The notes: generated from the sequence alone by a model not told the origin. 64,000 nucleotides of DNA from Eledone cirrhosa (GCA_964016885.1 OZ024740.1:259098001-259162000), one strand, 5' to 3'; positions 12,693-28,688 are shown, counted from the stretch's first letter. Numbers and translations: made by a program.

Positions 12693-14158
12693 ACCTAAAT
12701 ATAATGTATAATGGTTCGTATACATATCTGTAATTTTGTCGCTACGGAGAAACCACGCGGTAACAGTGGAAGTAGAAATGATGGGCCCCCGTCACTTTCG
12801 ACGTTGTGTGTTCCAGACATTTGAAGAACTGAATGACCTACTCGTTAAATTAGACTGCAGTGGCTAAGTGTGTCACAGACAAGTGTGCCTTAGTATATGT
12901 TTCAGGGAGATTGAGATACTGTATGATAATAGTGGGCCTAGTCCATCTTGTATTATAGTGTAAGTGGCCAAGTGTGCTACATACAGCTCTATACTTAATG
13001 TAATTTTCAGAGAGATTCAGTGGGATACGTTATGTGACAAAGCTGAATGAATTACAGACAATCCATTTGACAAGCTGCCAAATAGTTTCTGTCTACCTAA
13101 TTTCTCCGATAAATTTTGGATTGATCCAAAGGTAAGGTAAAAAGAAAAAAATTCTTGCATAAGATGGCACGCAAGGAGATCGAACTTCAAACGATGATTG
13201 TTAAGCAAAGAACTTAACCCTACGGCCATGTTTACTACAGTGAAAGAGGATCGATTCGATAAATTAACGTATAACTGGTTGTGTATTCCACAGACGCCTG
13301 TATCTGTTAAGTAATATTCAGAGATTCAGCATGACAGGTTCTGTCTTGACAAGGTTTGGAAAGACCCGAGCTAAAGTAAAACACATTTGCCCAAGATCCC
13401 ATGCAGTGAGAGTGAGATCGAACCTGGAACCGCTTGATTGCGAAGTAAATTTCTTAACCATTCAGTTATGTGTAGCCCGGTTGAAACTACACAGCAAGGT
13501 TTTAAATTAATGCTAAAACATAACAATGTTTTGTTTTTGTTTCTATTTTCATTATAAATTAAATTATTGTAATACAGTGGCTGCGATGGATCATGGCTAA
13601 GTGGTTAGGGTGTTCGGCTCCTGCGTGTAAGTTTGAGTTCAATTTCCGGTCGGTATGTTGTTCTCTTGAGCAAACAACTTTATTTTACGCGCCTCCTCCA
13701 ATCCACTCAAATGGCAAAAATGGCAAAAGGGCTATCTTTGTCACACACGGTTTCACGTTGAATCTCCCTGAGAATTATGTTATGAGTGCATGTGTCTGTG
13801 AAATACTCAACTACTTACACTTGCCTAATACAATAGAGTGGCTACGAAGAAAGAAACCATGTTGTAAGTTAACATTAGTGAAAGTGAAACTAGACAGAAA
13901 TTGACCACCAGTTTGAAAGATACAAAAACATGGATGGTGACTATGTACATAGCTGCCATTCACTACTTGTCTGTACGTACTCACGTGCAAATAGACAGGT
14001 TGATGGTGATGGTTATGTTGCTGATGATAAAGATGATGATGCGAATGATGATGATGATGTATTTTGTAGAAATATTCCATTGCATTTTCCTCTTCCTCTT
14101 TCTCAACTATCACATTTATATATACATGTGTGTGTGTATGTGTGTGTGTATGTGTGTA

Positions 14159-14191
<33 letters not shown>

Positions 14192-14279
14192 CTGTATACA
14201 TATATTTATATATATATATATAGAGAGAGAGAGAGCGAGAGAGAGACAAAAGACAGACAGACAGAGAGAGAGAAAGAGG

Positions 14280-14443
14280 GTGTGGTAAGATACCAGGTGG
14301 ACCATAACGCACCCGAGTACTCAATACTTAGGGTAGTAGAGTGGGTAATAGGAAAAGAGTCAGGACCTCGACGGCTGAGCTCCGGCCTTTTCGACAGCTA
14401 GATCCGAACTCGGATCTAGCCGTCGGGGTTCTGACTCTTTTCC

Positions 14444-14444
<1 letters not shown>
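14280..14444 (-). mobile_element. Fold-back element, family I (copies 28718-28920, 51738-51919, 54190-54380; fragments 3775-3825, 28990-29080, 40620-40680)
   Basis: Shared gagtactcaatacttagggtagtagagtgggtaatagga followed by a terminal palindrome ending in (TA)n. Confidence 0.85.
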
Positions 14445-14517
<73 letters not shown>

Positions 14518-14519
<2 letters not shown>

Positions 14520-14927
14520 CAGAAGGGATATTCAATTTGTTGGTAATTCAACAAATATAAACCCGACAAGTTTTCTGGAGTATAATATTCAATGATATTA
14601 AATAAATAGAAACTATATTTATAAAAGCATATTTATTCTATTATATATATTTCAAGGGTACCAAAACTTTGGTACGCTTTCATCAGATAAAATACAAAGT
14701 GTGTTTTATAAATTTTGACATAGCCAAGGAACATACCTTAACGGTTGGAGCTTTCCTTGGATAGACTATTCAAGGAAAACTTCAACCGTTAAGGTATGTT
14801 CCTTGGCTATGTCAAAATTTATAAAACACACTTTGTATTTTATCTGATGAAAGCGTACCAAAGTTTTGGTACCCTTGAAATATATATAATAGAATGAATA
14901 TGGTTTTATAAATATAGTTTCCATTTA
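14518..14927 (-). mobile_element. Fold-back hammerhead element, family L (second copy ~41012-41190), abutting the tandem array
   Basis: Inverted repeat 14603-14927 centred ~14765; unique tail to (TA)n at 14517. Confidence 0.85.
14837..14895 (+). ncRNA. Type-I hammerhead ribozyme (family L; mirror copy ~14635-14695 on minus)
   Basis: Stem I attttat/atagaat; CTGATGA 14844; stem II aag-c-gtacca-aagttt-tggtac-c-ctt; GAAA 14877; palindromic stem III ATATATAT; AUA site. Confidence 0.88.
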
Positions 14928-17900
14928 AATCGTATGGTTGATTGTAGACTTGTTCTATATGTGACGGTATTTTAACGATAGTTATAGCTCTGATTCATCT
15001 GAATTATTGAGCCCTCTGCCGCTCATATCGGATTTCGTTTTTCGTTAACTCGTGCGCCGATTTTTCGATACTCGATCTTTCTAATATATTTAGCTCTGGA
15101 CATAGCTATCCACCAGTTAATTTTATTGCTCATATTTTGTCGATTCTATTGAGTGATGAATAGCTTTTGTTTTATTTTAACATGTCTATTGAGCACTCTA
15201 ATTCGATATGTGTATTTCCACATTCACTCGAATTTTTTTTCGCGGATATAGGGGTCATCTCCCTTGTCTAATGCCATGTGCGTTTTTCACCGCTAGTTGA
15301 CTCCTTTGCCGCCAGGATAAAACTCGTTGACAACGTAAACTCCATTCCACTTATTCTAGTAGGCTTTTATATATTTATATGTGAGCTGATAGAGTACTGT
15401 CTAAGGATTTACAGAAACCCATGAAGCTAGATTTAACACCTTTCTAGTGGGTCCGGGTATGATTTTACATTCATTTAAATTATTGACGTATTGTTTTATT
15501 GATATTTTTTATCTGTTTGGCCCGAATCTTCCTTTATCGATTTTAAATCGTATGGTTGATTGTAGACTTGTTCTATATGTGACGGTATTTTAACGATAGT
15601 TATAGCTCTGATTCATCTGAATTATTGAGCCCTCTGCCGCTCATATCGGATTTCGTTTTTCGTTAACTCGTGCGCCGATTTTTCGATACTCGATCTTTCT
15701 AATATATTTAGCTCTGGACATAGCTATCCACCAGTTAATTTTATTGCTCATATTTTGTCGATTCTATTGAGTGATGAATAGCTTTTGTTTTATTTTAACA
15801 TGTCTATTGAGCACTCTAATTCGATATGTGTATTTCCACATTCACTCGAATTTTTTTTCGCGGATATAGGGGTCATCTCCCTTGTCTAATGCCATGTGCG
15901 TTTTTCACCGCTAGTTGACTCCTTTGCCGCCAGGATAAAACTCGTTGACAACGTAAACTCCATTCCACTTATTCTAGTAGGCTTTTATATATTTATATGT
16001 GAGCTGATAGAGTACTGTCTAAGGATTTACAGAAACCCATGAAGCTAGATTTAACACCTTTCTAGTGGGTCCGGGTATGATTTTACATTCATTTAAATTA
16101 TTGACGTATTGTTTTATTGATATTTTTTATCTGTTTGGCCCGAATCTTCCTTTATCGATTTTAAATCGTATGGTTGATTGTAGACTTGTTCTATATGTGA
16201 CGGTATTTTAACGATAGTTATAGCTCTGATTCATCTGAATTATTGAGCCCTCTGCCGCTCATATCGGATTTCGTTTTTCGTTAACTCGTGCGCCGATTTT
16301 TCGATACTCGATCTTTCTAATATATTTAGCTCTGGACATAGCTATCCACCAGTTAATTTTATTGCTCATATTTTGTCGATTCTATTGAGTGATGAATAGC
16401 TTTTGTTTTATTTTAACATGTCTATTGAGCACTCTAATTCGATATGTGTATTTCCACATTCACTCGAATTTTTTTTCGCGGATATAGGGGTCATCTCCCT
16501 TGTCTAATGCCATGTGCGTTTTTCACCGCTAGTTGACTCCTTTGCCGCCAGGATAAAACTCGTTGACAACGTAAACTCCATTCCACTTATTCTAGTAGGC
16601 TTTTATATATTTATATGTGAGCTGATAGAGTACTGTCTAAGGATTTACAGAAACCCATGAAGCTAGATTTAACACCTTTCTAGTGGGTCCGGGTATGATT
16701 TTACATTCATTTAAATTATTGACGTATTGTTTTATTGATATTTTTTATCTGTTTGGCCCGAATCTTCCTTTATCGATTTTAAATCGTATGGTTGATTGTA
16801 GACTTGTTCTATATGTGACGGTATTTTAACGATAGTTATAGCTCTGATTCATCTGAATTATTGAGCCCTCTGCCGCTCATATCGGATTTCGTTTTTCGTT
16901 AACTCGTGCGCCGATTTTTCGATACTCGATCTTTCTAATATATTTAGCTCTGGACATAGCTATCCACCAGTTAATTTTATTGCTCATATTTTGTCGATTC
17001 TATTGAGTGATGAATAGCTTTTGTTTTATTTTAACATGTCTATTGAGCACTCTAATTCGATATGTGTATTTCCACATTCACTCGAATTTTTTTTCGCGGA
17101 TATAGGGGTCATCTCCCTTGTCTAATGCCATGTGCGTTTTTCACCGCTAGTTGACTCCTTTGCCGCCAGGATAAAACTCGTTGACAACGTAAACTCCATT
17201 CCACTTATTCTAGTAGGCTTTTATATATTTATATGTGAGCTGATAGAGTACTGTCTAAGGATTTACAGAAACCCATGAAGCTAGATTTAACACCTTTCTA
17301 GTGGGTCCGGGTATGATTTTACATTCATTTAAATTATTGACGTATTGTTTTATTGATATTTTTTATCTGTTTGGCCCGAATCTTCCTTTATCGATTTTAA
17401 ATCGTATGGTTGATTGTAGACTTGTTCTATATGTGACGGTATTTTAACGATAGTTATAGCTCTGATTCATCTGAATTATTGAGCCCTCTGCCGCTCATAT
17501 CGGATTTCGTTTTTCGTTAACTCGTGCGCCGATTTTTCGATACTCGATCTTTCTAATATATTTAGCTCTGGACATAGCTATCCACCAGTTAATTTTATTG
17601 CTCATATTTTGTCGATTCTATTGAGTGATGAATAGCTTTTGTTTTATTTTAACATGTCTATTGAGCACTCTAATTCGATATGTGTATTTCCACATTCACT
17701 CGAATTTTTTTTCGCGGATATAGGGGTCATCTCCCTTGTCTAATGCCATGTGCGTTTTTCACCGCTAGTTGACTCCTTTGCCGCCAGGATAAAACTCGTT
17801 GACAACGTAAACTCCATTCCACTTATTCTAGTAGGCTTTTATATATTTATATGTGAGCTGATAGAGTACTGTCTAAGGATTTACAGAAACCCATGAAGCT

Positions 17901-20900
17901 AGATTTAACACCTTTCTAGTGGGTCCGGGTATGATTTTACATTCATTTAAATTATTGACGTATTGTTTTATTGATATTTTTTATCTGTTTGGCCCGAATC
18001 TTCCTTTATCGATTTTAAATCGTATGGTTGATTGTAGACTTGTTCTATATGTGACGGTATTTTAACGATAGTTATAGCTCTGATTCATCTGAATTATTGA
18101 GCCCTCTGCCGCTCATATCGGATTTCGTTTTTCGTTAACTCGTGCGCCGATTTTTCGATACTCGATCTTTCTAATATATTTAGCTCTGGACATAGCTATC
18201 CACCAGTTAATTTTATTGCTCATATTTTGTCGATTCTATTGAGTGATGAATAGCTTTTGTTTTATTTTAACATGTCTATTGAGCACTCTAATTCGATATG
18301 TGTATTTCCACATTCACTCGAATTTTTTTTTCGCGGATATAGGGGTCATCTCCCTTGTCTAATGCCATGTGCGTTTTTCACCGCTAGTTGACTCCTTTGC
18401 CGCCAGGATAAAACTCGTTGACAACGTAAACTCCATTCCACTTATTCTAGTAGGCTTTTATATATTTATATGTGAGCTGATAGAGTACTGTCTAAGGATT
18501 TACAGAAACCCATGAAGCTAGATTTAACACCTTTCTAGTGGGTCCGGGTATGATTTTACATTCATTTAAATTATTGACGTATTGTTTTATTGATATTTTT
18601 TATCTGTTTGGCCCGAATCTTCCTTTATCGATTTTAAATCGTATGGTTGATTGTAGACTTGTTCTATATGTGACGGTATTTTAACGATAGTTATAGCTCT
18701 GATTCATCTGAATTATTGAGCCCTCTGCCGCTCATATCGGATTTCGTTTTTCGTTAACTCGTGCGCCGATTTTTCGATACTCGATCTTTCTAATATATTT
18801 AGCTCTGGACATAGCTATCCACCAGTTAATTTTATTGCTCATATTTTGTCGATTCTATTGAGTGATGAATAGCTTTTGTTTTATTTTAACATGTCTATTG
18901 AGCACTCTAATTCGATATGTGTATTTCCACATTCACTCGAATTTTTTTTCGCGGATATAGGGGTCATCTCCCTTGTCTAATGCCATGTGCGTTTTTCACC
19001 GCTAGTTGACTCCTTTGCCGCCAGGATAAAACTCGTTGACAACGTAAACTCCATTCCACTTATTCTAGTAGGCTTTTATATATTTATATGTGAGCTGATA
19101 GAGTACTGTCTAAGGATTTACAGAAACCCATGAAGCTAGTTTTAACACCTTTCTAGTGGGTCCGGGTATGATTTTACATTCATTTAAATTATTGACGTAT
19201 TGTTTTATTGATATTTTTTATCTGTTTGGCCCGAATCTTCCTTTATCGATTTTAAATCGTATGGTTGATTGTAGACTTGTTCTATATGTGACGGTATTTT
19301 AACGATAGTTATAGCTCTGATTCATCTGAATTATTGAGCCCTCTGCCGCTCATATCGGATTTCGTTTTTCGTTAACTCGTGCGCCGATTTTTCGATACTC
19401 GATCTTTCTAATATATTTAGCTCTGGACATAGCTATCCACCAGTTAATTTTATTGCTCATATTTTGTCGATTCTATTGAGTGATGAATAGCTTTTGTTTT
19501 ATTTTAACATGTCTATTGAGCACTCTAATTCGATATGTGTATTTCCACATTCACTCGAATTTTTTTTCGCGGATATAGGGGTCATCTCCCTTGTCTAATG
19601 CCATGTGCGTTTTTCACCGCTAGTTGACTCCTTTGCCGCCAGGATAAAACTCGTTGACAACGTAAACTCCATTCCACTTATTCTAGTAGGCTTTTATATA
19701 TTTATATGTGAGCTGATAGAGTACTGTCTAAGGATTTACAGAAACCCATGAAGCTAGATTTAACACCTTTCTAGTGGGTCCGGGTATGATTTTACATTCA
19801 TTTAAATTATTGACGTATTGTTTTATTGATATTTTTTATCTGTTTGGCCCGAATCTTCCTTTATCGATTTTAAATCGTATGGTTGATTGTAGACTTGTTC
19901 TATATGTGACGGTATTTTAACGATAGTTATAGCTCTGATTCATCTGAATTATTGAGCCCTCTGCCGCTCATATCGGATTTCGTTTTTCGTTAACTCGTGC
20001 GCCGATTTTTCGATACTCGATCTTTCTAATATATTTAGCTCTGGACATAGCTATCCACCAGTTAATTTTATTGCTCATATTTTGTCGATTCTATTGAGTG
20101 ATGAATAGCTTTTGTTTTATTTTAACATGTCTATTGAGCACTCTAATTCGATATGTGTATTTCCACATTCACTCGAATTTTTTTTCGCGGATATAGGGGT
20201 CATCTCCCTTGTCTAATGCCATGTGCGTTTTTCACCGCTAGTTGACTCCTTTGCCGCCAGGATAAAACTCGTTGACAACGTAAACTCCATTCCACTTATT
20301 CTAGTAGGCTTTTATATATTTATATGTGAGCTGATAGAGTACTGTCTAAGGATTTACAGAAACCCATGAAGCTAGATTTAACACCTTTCTAGTGGGTCCG
20401 GGTATGATTTTACATTCATTTAAATTATTGACGTATTGTTTTATTGATATTTTTTATCTGTTTGGCCCGAATCTTCCTTTATCGATTTTAAATCGTATGG
20501 TTGATTGTAGACTTGTTCTATATGTGACGGTATTTTAACGATAGTTATAGCTCTGATTCATCTGAATTATTGAGCCCTCTGCCGCTCATATCGGATTTCG
20601 TTTTTCGTTAACTCGTGCGCCGATTTTTCGATACTCGATCTTTCTAATATATTTAGCTCTGGACATAGCTATCCACCAGTTAATTTTATTGCTCATATTT
20701 TGTCGATTCTATTGAGTGATGAATAGCTTTTGTTTTATTTTAACATGTCTATTGAGCACTCTAATTCGATATGTGTATTTCCACATTCACTCGAATTTTT
20801 TTTTCGCGGATATAGGGGTCATCTCCCTTGTCTAATGCCATGTGCGTTTTTCACCGCTAGTTGACTCCTTTGCCGCCAGGATAAAACTCGTTGACAACGT

Positions 20901-23900
20901 AAACTCCATTCCACTTATTCTAGTAGGCTTTTATATATTTATATGTGAGCTGATAGAGTACTGTCTAAGGATTTACAGAAACCCATGAAGCTAGATTTAA
21001 CACCTTTCTAGTGGGTCCGGGTATGATTTTACATTCATTTAAATTATTGACGTATTGTTTTATTGATATTTTTTATCTGTTTGGCCCGAATCTTCCTTTA
21101 TCGATTTTAAATCGTATGGTTGATTGTAGACTTGTTCTATATGTGACGGTATTTTAACGATAGTTATAGCTCTGATTCATCTGAATTATTGAGCCCTCTG
21201 CCGCTCATATCGGATTTCGTTTTTCGTTAACTCGTGCGCCGATTTTTCGATACTCGATCTTTCTAATATATTTAGCTCTGGACATAGCTATCCACCAGTT
21301 AATTTTATTGCTCATATTTTGTCGATTCTATTGAGTGATGAATAGCTTTTGTTTTATTTTAACATGTCTATTGAGCACTCTAATTCGATATGTGTATTTC
21401 CACATTCACTCGAATTTTTTTTCGCGGATATAGGGGTCATCTCCCTTGTCTAATGCCATGTGCGTTTTTCACCGCTAGTTGACTCCTTTGCCGCCAGGAT
21501 AAAACTCGTTGACAACGTAAACTCCATTCCACTTATTCTAGTAGGCTTTTATATATTTATATGTGAGCTGATAGAGTACTGTCTAAGGATTTACAGAAAC
21601 CCATGAAGCTAGATTTAACACCTTTCTAGTGGGTCCGGGTATGATTTTACATTCATTTAAATTATTGACGTATTGTTTTATTGATATTTTTTATCTGTTT
21701 GGCCCGAATCTTCCTTTATCGATTTTAAATCGTATGGTTGATTGTAGACTTGTTCTATATGTGACGGTATTTTAACGATAGTTATAGCTCTGATTCATCT
21801 GAATTATTGAGCCCTCTGCCGCTCATATCGGATTTCGTTTTTCGTTAACTCGTGCGCCGATTTTTCGATACTCGATCTTTCTAATATATTTAGCTCTGGA
21901 CATAGCTATCCACCAGTTAATTTTATTGCTCATATTTTGTCGATTCTATTGAGTGATGAATAGCTTTTGTTTTATTTTAACATGTCTATTGAGCACTCTA
22001 ATTCGATATGTGTATTTCCACATTCACTCGAATTTTTTTTCGCGGATATAGGGGTCATCTCCCTTGTCTAATGCCATGTGCGTTTTTCACCGCTAGTTGA
22101 CTCCTTTGCCGCCAGGATAAAACTCGTTGACAACGTAAACTCCATTCCACTTATTCTAGTAGGCTTTTATATATTTATATGTGAGCTGATAGAGTACTGT
22201 CTAAGGATTTACAGAAACCCATGAAGCTAGATTTAACACCTTTCTAGTGGGTCCGGGTATGATTTTACATTCATTTAAATTATTGACGTATTGTTTTATT
22301 GATATTTTTTATCTGTTTGGCCCGAATCTTCCTTTATCGATTTTAAATCGTATGGTTGATTGTAGACTTGTTCTATATGTGACGGTATTTTAACGATAGT
22401 TATAGCTCTGATTCATCTGAATTATTGAGCCCTCTGCCGCTCATATCGGATTTCGTTTTTCGTTAACTCGTGCGCCGATTTTTCGATACTCGATCTTTCT
22501 AATATATTTAGCTCTGGACATAGCTATCCACCAGTTAATTTTATTGCTCATATTTTGTCGATTCTATTGAGTGATGAATAGCTTTTGTTTTATTTTAACA
22601 TGTCTATTGAGCACTCTAATTCGATATGTGTATTTCCACATTCACTCGAATTTTTTTTCGCGGATATAGGGGTCATCTCCCTTGTCTAATGCCATGTGCG
22701 TTTTTCACCGCTAGTTGACTCCTTTGCCGCCAGGATAAAACTCGTTGACAACGTAAACTCCATTCCACTTATTCTAGTAGGCTTTTATATATTTATATGT
22801 GAGCTGATAGAGTACTGTCTAAGGATTTACAGAAACCCATGAAGCTAGATTTAACACCTTTCTAGTGGGTCCGGGTATGATTTTACATTCATTTAAATTA
22901 TTGACGTATTGTTTTATTGATATTTTTTATCTGTTTGGCCCGAATCTTCCTTTATCGATTTTAAATCGTATGGTTGATTGTAGACTTGTTCTATATGTGA
23001 CGGTATTTTAACGATAGTTATAGCTCTGATTCATCTGAATTATTGAGCCCTCTGCCGCTCATATCGGATTTCGTTTTTCGTTAACTCGTGCGCCGATTTT
23101 TCGATACTCGATCTTTCTAATATATTTAGCTCTGGACATAGCTATCCACCAGTTAATTTTATTGCTCATATTTTGTCGATTCTATTGAGTGATGAATAGC
23201 TTTTGTTTTATTTTAACATGTCTATTGAGCACTCTAATTCGATATGTGTATTTCCACATTCACTCGAATTTTTTTTCGCGGATATAGGGGTCATCTCCCT
23301 TGTCTAATGCCATGTGCGTTTTTCACCGCTAGTTGACTCCTTTGCCGCCAGGATAAAACTCGTTGACAACGTAAACTCCATTCCACTTATTCTAGTAGGC
23401 TTTTATATATTTATATGTGAGCTGATAGAGTACTGTCTAAGGATTTACAGAAACCCATGAAGCTAGATTTAACACCTTTCTAGTGGGTCCGGGTATGATT
23501 TTACATTCATTTAAATTATTGACGTATTGTTTTATTGATATTTTTTATCTGTTTGGCCCGAATCTTCCTTTATCGATTTTAAATCGTATGGTTGATTGTA
23601 GACTTGTTCTATATGTGACGGTATTTTAACGATAGTTATAGCTCTGATTCATCTGAATTATTGAGCCCTCTGCCGCTCATATCGGATTTCGTTTTTCGTT
23701 AACTCGTGCGCCGATTTTTCGATACTCGATCTTTCTAATATATTTAGCTCTGGACATAGCTATCCACCAGTTAATTTTATTGCTCATATTTTGTCGATTC
23801 TATTGAGTGATGAATAGCTTTTGTTTTATTTTAACATGTCTATTGAGCACTCTAATTCGATATGTGTATTTCCACATTCACTCGAATTTTTTTTCGCGGA

Positions 23901-26900
23901 TATAGGGGTCATCTCCCTTGTCTAATGCCATGTGCGTTTTTCACCGCTAGTTGACTCCTTTGCCGCCAGGATAAAACTCGTTGACAACGTAAACTCCATT
24001 CCACTTATTCTAGTAGGCTTTTATATATTTATATGTGAGCTGATAGAGTACTGTCTAAGGATTTACAGAAACCCATGAAGCTAGATTTAACACCTTTCTA
24101 GTGGGTCCGGGTATGATTTTACATTCATTTAAATTATTGACGTATTGTTTTATTGATATTTTTTATCTGTTTGGCCCGAATCTTCCTTTATCGATTTTAA
24201 ATCGTATGGTTGATTGTAGACTTGTTCTATATGTGACGGTATTTTAACGATAGTTATAGCTCTGATTCATCTGAATTATTGAGCCCTCTGCCGCTCATAT
24301 CGGATTTCGTTTTTCGTTAACTCGTGCGCCGATTTTTCGATACTCGATCTTTCTAATATATTTAGCTCTGGACATAGCTATCCACCAGTTAATTTTATTG
24401 CTCATATTTTGTCGATTCTATTGAGTGATGAATAGCTTTTGTTTTATTTTAACATGTCTATTGAGCACTCTAATTCGATATGTGTATTTCCACATTCACT
24501 CGAATTTTTTTTCGCGGATATAGGGGTCATCTCCCTTGTCTAATGCCATGTGCGTTTTTCACCGCTAGTTGACTCCTTTGCCGCCAGGATAAAACTCGTT
24601 GACAACGTAAACTCCATTCCACTTATTCTAGTAGGCTTTTATATATTTATATGTGAGCTGATAGAGTACTGTCTAAGGATTTACAGAAACCCATGAAGCT
24701 AGATTTAACACCTTTCTAGTGGGTCCGGGTATGATTTTACATTCATTTAAATTATTGACGTATTGTTTTATTGATATTTTTTATCTGTTTGGCCCGAATC
24801 TTCCTTTATCGATTTTAAATCGTATGGTTGATTGTAGACTTGTTCTATATGTGACGGTATTTTAACGATAGTTATAGCTCTGATTCATCTGAATTATTGA
24901 GCCCTCTGCCGCTCATATCGGATTTCGTTTTTCGTTAACTCGTGCGCCGATTTTTCGATACTCGATCTTTCTAATATATTTAGCTCTGGACATAGCTATC
25001 CACCAGTTAATTTTATTGCTCATATTTTGTCGATTCTATTGAGTGATGAATAGCTTTTGTTTTATTTTAACATGTCTATTGAGCACTCTAATTCGATATG
25101 TGTATTTCCACATTCACTCGAATTTTTTTTCGCGGATATAGGGGTCATCTCCCTTGTCTAATGCCATGTGCGTTTTTCACCGCTAGTTGACTCCTTTGCC
25201 GCCAGGATAAAACTCGTTGACAACGTAAACTCCATTCCACTTATTCTAGTAGGCTTTTATATATTTATATGTGAGCTGATAGAGTACTGTCTAAGGATTT
25301 ACAGAAACCCATGAAGCTAGATTTAACACCTTTCTAGTGGGTCCGGGTATGATTTTACATTCATTTAAATTATTGACGTATTGTTTTATTGATATTTTTT
25401 ATCTGTTTGGCCCGAATCTTCCTTTATCGATTTTAAATCGTATGGTTGATTGTAGACTTGTTCTATATGTGACGGTATTTTAACGATAGTTATAGCTCTG
25501 ATTCATCTGAATTATTGAGCCCTCTGCCGCTCATATCGGATTTCGTTTTTCGTTAACTCGTGCGCCGATTTTTCGATACTCGATCTTTCTAATATATTTA
25601 GCTCTGGACATAGCTATCCACCAGTTAATTTTATTGCTCATATTTTGTCGATTCTATTGAGTGATGAATAGCTTTTGTTTTATTTTAACATGTCTATTGA
25701 GCACTCTAATTCGATATGTGTATTTCCACATTCACTCGAATTTTTTTTCGCGGATATAGGGGTCATCTCCCTTGTCTAATGCCATGTGCGTTTTTCACCG
25801 CTAGTTGACTCCTTTGCCGCCAGGATAAAACTCGTTGACAACGTAAACTCCATTCCACTTATTCTAGTAGGCTTTTATATATTTATATGTGAGCTGATAG
25901 AGTACTGTCTAAGGATTTACAGAAACCCATGAAGCTAGATTTAACACCTTTCTAGTGGGTCCGGGTATGATTTTACATTCATTTAAATTATTGACGTATT
26001 GTTTTATTGATATTTTTTATCTGTTTGGCCCGAATCTTCCTTTATCGATTTTAAATCGTATGGTTGATTGTAGACTTGTTCTATATGTGACGGTATTTTA
26101 ACGATAGTTATAGCTCTGATTCATCTGAATTATTGAGCCCTCTGCCGCTCATATCGGATTTCGTTTTTCGTTAACTCGTGCGCCGATTTTTCGATACTCG
26201 ATCTTTCTAATATATTTAGCTCTGGACATAGCTATCCACCAGTTAATTTTATTGCTCATATTTTGTCGATTCTATTGAGTGATGAATAGCTTTTGTTTTA
26301 TTTTAACATGTCTATTGAGCACTCTAATTCGATATGTGTATTTCCACATTCACTCGAATTTTTTTTCGCGGATATAGGGGTCATCTCCCTTGTCTAATGC
26401 CATGTGCGTTTTTCACCGCTAGTTGACTCCTTTGCCGCCAGGATAAAACTCGTTGACAACGTAAACTCCATTCCACTTATTCTAGTAGGCTTTTATATAT
26501 TTATATGTGAGCTGATAGAGTACTGTCTAAGGATTTACAGAAACCCATGAAGCTAGATTTAACACCTTTCTAGTGGGTCCGGGTATGATTTTACATTCAT
26601 TTAAATTATTGACGTATTGTTTTATTGATATTTTTTATCTGTTTGGCCCGAATCTTCCTTTATCGATTTTAAACCGTATGGTTGATTGTAGACTTGTTCT
26701 ATATGTGACGGTATTTTAACGATAGTTATAGCTCTGATTCATCTGAATTATTGAGCCCTCTGCCGCTCATATCGGATTTCGTTTTTCGTTAACTCGTGCG
26801 CCGATTTTTCGATACTCGATCTTTCTAATATATTTAGCTCTGGACATAGCTATCCACCAGTTAATTTTATTGCTCATATTTTGTCGATTCTATTGAGTGA

Positions 26901-28676
26901 TGAATAGCTTTTGTTTTATTTTAACATGTCTATTGAGCACTCTAATTCGATATGTGTATTTCCACATTCACTCGAATTTTTTTTCGCGGATATAGGGGTC
27001 ATCTCCCTTGTCTAATGCCATGTGCGTTTTTCACCGCTAGTTGACTCCTTTGCCGCCAGGATAAAACTCGTTGACAACGTAAACTCCATTCCACTTATTC
27101 TAGTAGGCTTTTATATATTTATATGTGAGCTGATAGAGTACTGTCTAAGGATTTACAGAAACCCATGAAGCTAGATTTAACACCTTTCTAGTGGGTCCGG
27201 GTATGATTTTACATTCATTTAAATTATTGACGTATTGTTTTATTGATATTTTTTATCTGTTTGGCCCGAATCTTCCTTTATCGATTTTAAATCGTATGGT
27301 TGATTGTAGACTTGTTCTATATGTGACGGTATTTTAACGATAGTTATAGCTCTGATTCATCTGAATTATTGAGCCCTCTGCCGCTCATATCGGATTTCGT
27401 TTTTCGTTAACTCGTGCGCCGATTTTTCGATACTCGATCTTTCTAATATATTTAGCTCTGGACATAGCTATCCACCAGTTAATTTTATTGCTCATATTTT
27501 GTCGATTCTATTGAGTGATGAATAGCTTTTGTTTTATTTTAACATGTCTATTGAGCACTCTAATTCGATATGTGTATTTCCACATTCACTCGAATTTTTT
27601 TTTCGCGGATATAGGGGTCATCTCCCTTGTCTAATGCCATGTGCGTTTTTCACCGCTAGTTGACTCCTTTGCCGCCAGGATAAAACTCGTTGACAACGTA
27701 AACTCCATTCCACTTATTCTAGTAGGCTTTTATATATTTATATGTGAGCTGATAGAGTACTGTCTAAGGATTTACAGAAACCCATGAAGCTAGATTTAAC
27801 ACCTTTCTAGTGGGTCCGGGTATGATTTTACATTCATTTAAATTATTGACGTATTGTTTTATTGATATTTTTTATCTGTTTGGCCCGAATCTTCCTTTAT
27901 CGATTTTAAATCGTATGGTTGATTGTAGACTTGTTCTATATGTGACGGTATTTTAACGATAGTTATAGCTCTGATTCATCTGAATTATTGAGCCCTCTGC
28001 CGCTCATATCGGATTTCGTTTTTCGTTAACTCGTGCGCCGATTTTTCGATACTCGATCTTTCTAATATATTTAGCTCTGGACATAGCTATCCACCAGTTA
28101 ATTTTATTGCTCATATTTTGTCGATTCTATTGAGTGATGAATAGCTTTTGTTTTATTTTAACATGTCTATTGAGCACTCTAATTCGATATGTGTATTTCC
28201 ACATTCACTCGAATTTTTTTTCGCGGATATAGGGGTCATCTCCCTTGTCTAATGCCATGTGCGTTTTTCACCGCTAGTTGACTCCTTTGCCGCCAGGATA
28301 AAACTCGTTGACAACGTAAACTCCATTCCACTTATTCTAGTAGGCTTTTATATATTTATATGTGAGCTGATAGAGTACTGTCTAAGGATTTACAGAAACC
28401 CATGAAGCTAGATTTAACACCTTTCTAGTGGGTCCGGGTATGATTTTACATTCATTTAAATTATTGACGTATTGTTTTATTGATATTTTTTATCTGTTTG
28501 GCCCGAATCTTCCTTTATCGATTTTAAATCGTATGGTTGATTGTAGACTTGTTCTATATGTGACGGTATTTTAACGATAGTTATAGCTCTGATTCATCTG
28601 AATTATTGAGCCCTCTGCCGCTCATATCGGATTTCGTTTTTCGTTAACTCGTGCGCCGATTTTTCGATACTCGATC

Positions 28677-28688
<12 letters not shown>
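14924..28688. repeat. Tandem array: 22 full copies plus ~160 bp of a 618-bp unit, >99.9% identical
   Basis: cgtatggttg recurs at 14931, 15549, 16167 ... 28530. Only five variants seen by eye: T8>T9 near 18330, 20800 and 27600; A>T at 19140; T>C at 26674. No ORF in the track. Confidence 0.98.

Noticed and set aside
14924-28688. CRISPR array, tandem gene cluster, or canonical hammerhead within the 618-bp unit
   Set aside because: No variable spacers, no ORF of 60 aa or more, and no recognisable 5S/tRNA/snRNA. The motifs CTGATAGA...GAAA/GAAG (+) and CTGGTGGA-tagct..agcta (-) lack a pairing stem I or a valid UH site.
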